Source of the DNA: Patescibacteria group bacterium
Lineage (GTDB): Bacteria; Patescibacteriota; Minisyncoccia; Phycocordibacterales; JACOZG01
Direction: 5' to 3'
Assembly: GCA_038065495.1 (NCBI GenBank)
Contig: JBBTQW010000002.1
Coordinates: 197,373 to 261,372, forward strand
DNA length: 64,000 nt
Positions 58,254 to 64,000 of the stretch are shown here, one piece after another. The stretch's first letter is position 1; each line of letters begins with the position of its first letter. The notes beneath the pieces are model-generated. The model made no database searches. It saw only the letters and a program-made list of their open reading frames with translations, and was not told the origin of the DNA. The position numbers and the translations under genes are program-made.

Positions 58254-58904
58254 ATGTCTTACATTTACAAAACAGGCCGAGTCGAGCTTTATGAGCAAAT
58301 TAAGCGTCATGCTGGTTTAATCAAAGGCCGAGTGTTGGACGTTGGTGCGGGAAATTTCTCTCGCTATCAAGATTTATTCAGCTATGATCAATACCTCAAA
58401 ATGGATGTTAAGTCTGGGAAAAATATTGACGTTGTAGGAAAAGCAGAAGCAATCCCCTTCCCGGATAATACTTTTGATTCTCTGGTTTGCACACAGGTTC
58501 TGGGAGATGTTTACGACTTACAAAAAGCTTTTGCCGAATTTTATCGCGTTTTACGACCAGCTGGAGCAGCGCTTATCACCGAGAATCTCTTTGACCCACT
58601 ACATGGCGAACCTCATGATCTGTGGCGTTTTACCCAGCACAGTTTGCGCCAACTAGCCGAAAATGCCGGCTTTACAGTTGAGAGGCTCGAACGCCGTGGT
58701 GGCTACTGGAGCATTATGGCACAACTGAAAGCTCGTTACTGGATCGACCTTCTTAACGCTCACAAAAAATGGTTCGCTCGCCCGCTTAGCTTGTTACTCA
58801 AGATTCACGGCACCCTGGCACGTTGGCTTGATCGTCTCGACCACAGCCACGCCAATAAAACTTTTACTCACGGCTACCTTCTGATTGCTCGGAAAGATGC
58901 TTAA
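58254..58904 (+). CDS. Class I SAM-dependent methyltransferase
   Basis: VLDVGAG, IPFPDNTFD, RVLRPAG. Confidence 0.88.
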   Translation: MSYIYKTGRVELYEQIKRHAGLIKGRVLDVGAGNFSRYQDLFSYDQYLKMDVKSGKNIDVVGKAEAIPFPDNTFDSLVCTQVLGDVYDLQKAFAEFYRVLRPAGAALITENLFDPLHGEPHDLWRFTQHSLRQLAENAGFTVERLERRGGYWSIMAQLKARYWIDLLNAHKKWFARPLSLLLKIHGTLARWLDRLDHSHANKTFTHGYLLIARKDA

Positions 58905-60645
58905 GGCAACGATCGACAACCCACTTACTTCCGTTCTTGTATGGGTCTCCAAAAAAACGCTCCTGAAGCTTTCCTAGGACCTCGGTGGGAATCTTTTTAC
59001 CTCGAAAAACGTAATCGATTAGTTCTGTTGGTGTTTCCGCAAATAACTTGTACTCCGGATCATACTCCTTCAAGTCAAAGTAGTCGCCCCACCTCCCTGT
59101 TCTGTAAAAAATTGGAGGCTTGAGCTGAAATAATGCCTCAAGTGCCGCCGTACTATGAGAACCAACGACTACATCACAAGTAGAAACTGCTTCTTGGACA
59201 CTCCCTCTTAAAATCTTTACTCGGTTCAAAAGTTCGGGCCGATGTTCCTTGAGCCACTCCTCAAAGCCGTCGCGATAGGGACGAAATTTTACATACAGAT
59301 CAATTCCTTCTGTTTCAACAAGCGCCGATAGATAAGGTAAAACTTCCACAGGATAACCCAATTGTTCACTGATAAACAATACCTTGAGAGCGCCCCCTTC
59401 TCCCCCTTCTGAGACTGGCAAGTTTGCCTTGCTCTTACTCACTTCCAATGGTCTCATTGGACCAGAAACAAACAGCTGATCAGGACGATACGCCTTACCG
59501 TTTTTTAGATAGTACTCCTTCCACCACTGACTCCAGACACCATAGGCGTCGACAGACAAAGTCTTCTCCCCATCGAATCCGGGCATGAAGTCGTGTGTGA
59601 CGAAATAACGAGAAGTGACACCATGGAGAATGCCGACGGTCGGTACGAGATTTAATTTACAGCCCAACACGGTGTGGAAACTACGTTCCGAGGCGATTTC
59701 TATCAATCCCACCCGATTACCTATCACGCGCAGGATCCACTGTGTAATGCGGATTGCCCAGATGTCGTCATAAACGGTGCGGAGATAGTGAGTGGCAAGC
59801 AGAAACTTGAATCGAACTTCCGGATTAGTTACCAAATCAAATCGTCTCAGGCCAAATTGTTGCATAGCACGACGACGACCACCCGAGATAATACTGCAAA
59901 ACCGCCCAAGAGAAGCGATTGCCTCATAATAAACGACGGGTCTTTTTCTTATCAACGCATGACGTAAGACATTACCCCAAGGCTCCAAACTTCTGATAAA
60001 TTCGACGAAAGGAACGTGCTTCCGTCGTAATTCTTCGTAAATAAACCTTACCCGAAAATCATAATCATGATTCTTCTCAAATTTGTCACCGATAAAGAAC
60101 AAGAGGCGATGCCTCTTGGCCACAAGGACAGGCAGAGATAGAGTAGTAATCATCACTTGAAGGAACACGCCGAAATGGAAAAAAGAAGGGCTTTTGAGCC
60201 CTGGTTCGCTCAGGAGTTTTACCTCGCAGCCGTGGGCGTGGAGATAGTGCAAAAACAAATTTTTGTATGGCAACTTATAAAGATACACCCGCCGAAAGCT
60301 TCGTAAATAGTCAAGAAGTTTACTATATTGCGTGTATGGCAGGCAAAAGTACAAGAAAAGGCCGTGGCAGTGCATCCACCACAGTTCATACCCCTTATAA
60401 ACAACAGATTTTGCAACGCGAGAACCGTGAGGTAAAACCACGCGAGAGAGTTCCTCGGTAAAAATACTGGCGTCACGCACGCTACCCGGACCAATTAATT
60501 CCTCAAGATCAACAAAGTTGAGATTAAGCGACCTAATCTCTGGTTGAAGCTTAGTGGAAGCGACTACTGTACCAAACTGTTGCCACCACTTTTCTTCTTG
60601 TTTGGGTACAACGTCACCAAAGATGACCAAGACAGACTCTTTCAT
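58864..60645 (-). CDS. Putative nonulosonate/surface-carbohydrate transferase
   Basis: LHG, VKFRP, STAALEA motifs typical of capsule/sialyltransferase-like GT-B proteins; next to neuAB. Confidence 0.55.
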   Translation of the reverse strand: MKESVLVIFGDVVPKQEEKWWQQFGTVVASTKLQPEIRSLNLNFVDLEELIGPGSVRDASIFTEELSRVVLPHGSRVAKSVVYKGYELWWMHCHGLFLYFCLPYTQYSKLLDYLRSFRRVYLYKLPYKNLFLHYLHAHGCEVKLLSEPGLKSPSFFHFGVFLQVMITTLSLPVLVAKRHRLLFFIGDKFEKNHDYDFRVRFIYEELRRKHVPFVEFIRSLEPWGNVLRHALIRKRPVVYYEAIASLGRFCSIISGGRRRAMQQFGLRRFDLVTNPEVRFKFLLATHYLRTVYDDIWAIRITQWILRVIGNRVGLIEIASERSFHTVLGCKLNLVPTVGILHGVTSRYFVTHDFMPGFDGEKTLSVDAYGVWSQWWKEYYLKNGKAYRPDQLFVSGPMRPLEVSKSKANLPVSEGGEGGALKVLFISEQLGYPVEVLPYLSALVETEGIDLYVKFRPYRDGFEEWLKEHRPELLNRVKILRGSVQEAVSTCDVVVGSHSTAALEALFQLKPPIFYRTGRWGDYFDLKEYDPEYKLFAETPTELIDYVFRGKKIPTEVLGKLQERFFGDPYKNGSKWVVDRCLKHLSEQSEGSRE

Positions 60646-60755
60646 TTGTTTGAAAGTAAATACTATCATCAAAAAATAGGTTGGTAAAGAAAAAGAAAAT
60701 GGCCGTTTTGCAACAATGTTGTCGCAAAACGGCCATTTGGCTGTGAATTGATCGC

Positions 60756-61187
60756 TCACTCGGTAACGTTTGGACGATACTCGAACCGCCAGATCGTCAC
60801 CTCGCTATCGGGTGAGGGCAACGGCGTGTCGTAGATGGTCGCGAGGTGGTAACGAACCAGCTCTGCGGTGGCCGTATCCGGCGCCATGCCGTGCAAGTCA
60901 TCAGCGGTCAACTCACTGATCCGCCGCACCAGACCCTCCGTGATCCGAATAGTCGTCCCATCGTCGGCGAAGAACTCGGGAGCAATGCCCTGCCCTTGGT
61001 TACCCGACTTACGGATAAAACGAACCGGGAGATCCACGCCAACGGGCAAGAAGGTGGGCTGGGTCGGATCCTTCATCCGATTACCAGGCCGCACAACCGC
61101 CTTAATGGCATGTGCCTGGAATCCCTCCATGTGGACAGAGCGGACCCAAAACGCGGGTTCCCCATACTTCGAGGCACGATTGAGCAT
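60756..61187 (-). CDS. ASCH/PUA-like orphan protein, cassette cargo
   Basis: RISELTADDL...VTIWRFEY resembles ASCH C-terminus; TTGACA-16-TATACT, GAGGAG SD, terminator 60696-60737. Confidence 0.55.
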   Translation of the reverse strand: MLNRASKYGEPAFWVRSVHMEGFQAHAIKAVVRPGNRMKDPTQPTFLPVGVDLPVRFIRKSGNQGQGIAPEFFADDGTTIRITEGLVRRISELTADDLHGMAPDTATAELVRYHLATIYDTPLPSPDSEVTIWRFEYRPNVTE

Positions 61188-61315
61188 TATAGCTCTCCTC
61201 TCTCTTTACGATGTTCAAATCTCGGAAAAATGCCGAGCCAGTGGCTAAAATTAGCCTCTACCCTCAGTATAGCAAACTCACAGGATTTGTCAAGTACCAC
61301 AAAAATCAGAGACTT

Positions 61316-62179
61316 CTAGGGCATTTTGGGAACATAAGTATACTTGTGCCACTCACTTGGTTTAATAGTCTTAACCTCGTCACCACACATTATTTCTGCC
61401 TTTCTCACATCCTGCACAAACTTCGCAAACTCACCGTTTTCTAAATCCAAAGCGACATCTTGGAAATGCATCCATGGTGTGTCTCCTATTTTGACATGTT
61501 TCTCAATCATCCGAGCACCGGCAGCGACAGCGAGCATACAACCCAAGGAGCCATGATCGTGACTTGAGTAGCCTGGCACAATTTTGGGATTTTTCTTACT
61601 CAAATCAACATATCGCCTGATAACAGAAATGCCGCAATCCTCAGGGGGTGTGGGATATGCTGATGTGCACTGCAGAAGATATAACTTTTCACTATTTTTA
61701 AATGTTTTCTGGATATGTTCCTCATACTCATGAGAAGTGTAGCCGGTTGATATAACCACATGTCCATCATGCTGCTCGGCTATTTTGGCATGGAAATCCT
61801 TGTGTTCGGAAATTGTAGAAGGTAACTTGAGTAGTTTTTTGTTAAAAGGTTTAAGAAGTTCAAAAGACTCAAGATCAAGTACCGATGCGAACCAGTCAAT
61901 GCCGACTTTCTTACATTCATCATCTAACTCCTGGATATCTTCGGCCGATAGCTCGATACCGTATCTAAAATCCTTCCAAGTATGACCAAAAGGAGACGAG
62001 TATTCTTTGCTCAATTGTCCGGGCGCATAAAAAGTCTCGATATTTCTCTTCTGAATCTTTACCAGATCAGCTCCAGACTCTTTGGCCAAACGAACCATTT
62101 TCTTGAGCCGCTCAATGTCACCTAGGTGGTTGGTGGTTATCTCGGCGACAATTAAAACTTTGTTTTTATTATCAAGCAT
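61316..62179 (-). CDS. Nonulosonic acid synthase (NeuB family, no C-terminal AFP domain)
   Basis: AEITTNHLGD, KIQKR, QCTSAYP, GYSSHD, IEKH. Confidence 0.9.
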   Translation of the reverse strand: MLDNKNKVLIVAEITTNHLGDIERLKKMVRLAKESGADLVKIQKRNIETFYAPGQLSKEYSSPFGHTWKDFRYGIELSAEDIQELDDECKKVGIDWFASVLDLESFELLKPFNKKLLKLPSTISEHKDFHAKIAEQHDGHVVISTGYTSHEYEEHIQKTFKNSEKLYLLQCTSAYPTPPEDCGISVIRRYVDLSKKNPKIVPGYSSHDHGSLGCMLAVAAGARMIEKHVKIGDTPWMHFQDVALDLENGEFAKFVQDVRKAEIMCGDEVKTIKPSEWHKYTYVPKMP

Positions 62180-62867
62180 GGTGATTATTTTCGACTTTAA
62201 AAGAATACGTCTGATTTGGGATCAAGAATTCTCCCTTGTAAGCTTCCCCATTCACATAAACACTCAACCCGTGCTCTAAGGCCAAATTCAGTCCAGCAAG
62301 AATGTCCCATGACCTTGCTGACTTTGGTTTCTCAAAGCTGTGGTAAGAACCAATTACAACGTTGTACATACCATAAACAGCACAACTGGGCAAGCGGTAT
62401 TCTACACCCTCTTCCAAGCTTTCTCGATACGGCTTGTAAAGAGATGAGGAAGAAAGACCCCGGATCCTTGACTGGTTTTTGCCCGGAAGCGTGTCCCCCG
62501 TTGAGAGGCATAGATCGAGCTCGGGAAGCATAAGCATTGATTCTTCGTGTTTACCCTTTTTGTAAATTGAGACGGAAACGCCCCATTCTTTGAGACCAGA
62601 TGTGAAATTTTCAGTACCATCGATTGGGTCTAAAACGATATAATTTTTGTTTTCATCAAATACAAAGTTGCCCAGATCCATCTCTTCAGAGACAACTTCG
62701 TAATCACCCCCGATTGATTTTACATAATCCATAATGAGTTGCTGACAGAGCATATCGCCTTCAGTGACTGGGCTATTATCTCCTTTCATTGTTCTTTTCT
62801 GCCGCAGATTAAGAATCTCATTTAGATTCTCTGAAACTAGTTTGTAGATATCCCGGCAATTACTCAT
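62172..62867 (-). CDS. Inositol-monophosphatase-family phosphatase
   Basis: K.DNSPVTEGD, SEE, LDPIDGTENF, WDILAG. Confidence 0.88.
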   Translation of the reverse strand: MSNCRDIYKLVSENLNEILNLRQKRTMKGDNSPVTEGDMLCQQLIMDYVKSIGGDYEVVSEEMDLGNFVFDENKNYIVLDPIDGTENFTSGLKEWGVSVSIYKKGKHEESMLMLPELDLCLSTGDTLPGKNQSRIRGLSSSSLYKPYRESLEEGVEYRLPSCAVYGMYNVVIGSYHSFEKPKSARSWDILAGLNLALEHGLSVYVNGEAYKGEFLIPNQTYSFKVENNHHA

Positions 62868-63546
62868 CAGAAATGGTGACCAAAATCTTTTCTGCAATAG
62901 CAAGATCGTCTTCATCATCTATATCGACGCCGTATAACTTATCGACAATAACAGCACCAACATTATTTCCAAGAAAAGCGGTTCCAGAATTTTTAGGTTT
63001 ACCACGGAAAACATCAGTGCTAAATACCTTGTACCTCTTACCCACTTCCTGACGTCTAATCATAGACCTGCCACGATCATCAAAATCTGGTCTGAGAATA
63101 CCATCTTCAACCCTGTAGAGCCGGCACTCAGTTTCCACCACAGTCCTACAGGCAGTTAGACTCTCATCTTTGATCAATCTGTCTATGCATTCTTTAACTG
63201 AGGCGAGATTGCGGAAAATGAACGTTGGCCTGAGCCAAACAAAAATATCTGGATATTCTATCCCATGCTCATCAAATTTTTGATATAAGTCCTCAAGAAT
63301 ATGTTCCTCCATTGCTGTATCAGAAGCAGCAAATTCCGACCTAAGAAAGGGAACCTCTGCCCCAAATTTTTTAGCAATTTCGGCGTATTCCGCTGAATCA
63401 GTTGAACAAATCACCTTGTCTACTCCCAGTTTCTTAGCAAATTCTATCGAGTGACCAATGAGCTCCTTCCCACCGACCTTGCGGATATTCTTATTCGGCA
63501 CTCCTTTAGAACCACTTCGAGCCGGGATAATGGCATATATTTTCAT
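62860..63546 (-). CDS. CMP-nonulosonate synthetase (NeuA family)
   Basis: IIPARSGSKGVPNKNI, STDS, VPFLR, LRPT, DIDDEDD. Confidence 0.92.
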   Translation of the reverse strand: MKIYAIIPARSGSKGVPNKNIRKVGGKELIGHSIEFAKKLGVDKVICSTDSAEYAEIAKKFGAEVPFLRSEFAASDTAMEEHILEDLYQKFDEHGIEYPDIFVWLRPTFIFRNLASVKECIDRLIKDESLTACRTVVETECRLYRVEDGILRPDFDDRGRSMIRRQEVGKRYKVFSTDVFRGKPKNSGTAFLGNNVGAVIVDKLYGVDIDDEDDLAIAEKILVTISDE

Positions 63547-63561
63547 AGAGGGAACACTATA

Positions 63562-64000
63562 TCATAATCTCTTTATTCCCACAAAAATATATGTTCCGTA
63601 ATGATGCCGCGGATTACGGCTTACTGCTCTGGGTAAGACTTTCTTCATTTTGATTTCATATAAACCATCTAGCAAACCGTCTAGCGTTTGATCGTGGAGC
63701 TTAATCGGATGGCCAACGAATCCCCTGTCTTCCTGACGTTGTTTGGCAATATCTGCTTCGTCACTCAAATCCTGACCAAAAACAAAATAACCACCAGGCT
63801 TGAGAACCCTATGAATCTCTGACAAACAAGCGCTGGTGTCCTGGACATGATCCAATACATTGTTACAGATCACTAGATCAAAAGAGTCATCTGGAAATTC
63901 TAAACTCTCCCCCTTGCCAACAGAAGTGAAAATCTTCCCCTTCTTGGCCATTTCGGCCAGCCAATTTAGTTTAAAGCTCAAATACAAATCCATCAATGGA
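63562..64000 (-). CDS. Class I SAM methyltransferase (5' truncated by window edge)
   Basis: GESLEFPDDSFDLV, NVLDHV, RVLKPGG. Confidence 0.8.
   Translation of the reverse strand, partial: PLMDLYLSFKLNWLAEMAKKGKIFTSVGKGESLEFPDDSFDLVICNNVLDHVQDTSACLSEIHRVLKPGGYFVFGQDLSDEADIAKQRQEDRGFVGHPIKLHDQTLDGLLDGLYEIKMKKVLPRAVSRNPRHHYGTYIFVGIKRL

Noticed and set aside
60646-60759. Extension of the 58864 ORF to 60759 (apparent coupling to the ASCH-like gene)
   Set aside because: Runs through a strong terminator hairpin; ATG 60645 (or 60669) is more plausible.
488-62620. Numerous 60-270 aa ORFs antisense or out of frame to identified genes (e.g. 45114-45911, 8858-9325, 37514-38089)
   Set aside because: Shadow ORFs overlapping well-supported genes, with no motifs or expression signals.
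1-64000. CRISPR array, integron array, prophage, DGR or retron
   Set aside because: No regularly spaced direct repeats, and no integrase, reverse transcriptase, transposase or phage structural genes visible; cassettes are dispersed rather than tandem.

Overview
64-kb chromosomal segment of a small-genome bacterium, most likely Patescibacteria/CPR (Parcubacteria-like). This is inferred from gene content and style, not from a marker tree. It holds a complete type IV pilus/competence locus (7 pilin-like genes, pilD, pilC, pilT, pilB, pilO/N/M, comF), housekeeping genes (ligA, recG, ftsH, lepA, murJ, class II RNR, typA, gatB, murB, secA), tRNA-Ser(GCT), tRNA-Gly(CCC), an unusual tRNA-Ile(TAT), RNase P RNA and the start of a surface-glycan cluster (gmd, GTs, wzx, neuA/neuB-like). 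The most striking non-standard signal is about 9 stand-alone expression cassettes dropped singly between core genes. They combine, to varying degrees, a TTGACA-16/18-TAnnnT promoter, a boxA-like motif, a strong Shine-Dalgarno, an orphan or foreign-looking cargo and an intrinsic terminator often ending in TTTTTTGTCTAAA. Cargoes include a fatty-acid desaturase, a protein resembling a Planctomycete family, a lipoprotein and a 16-aa peptide. Resident core genes by contrast are mostly SD-less, many apparently leaderless. There are also several promoter/terminator-bounded structured RNA candidates (one 6S-like) and three families of short palindromic repeats, some inserted in frame into conserved proteins and into RNase P RNA.
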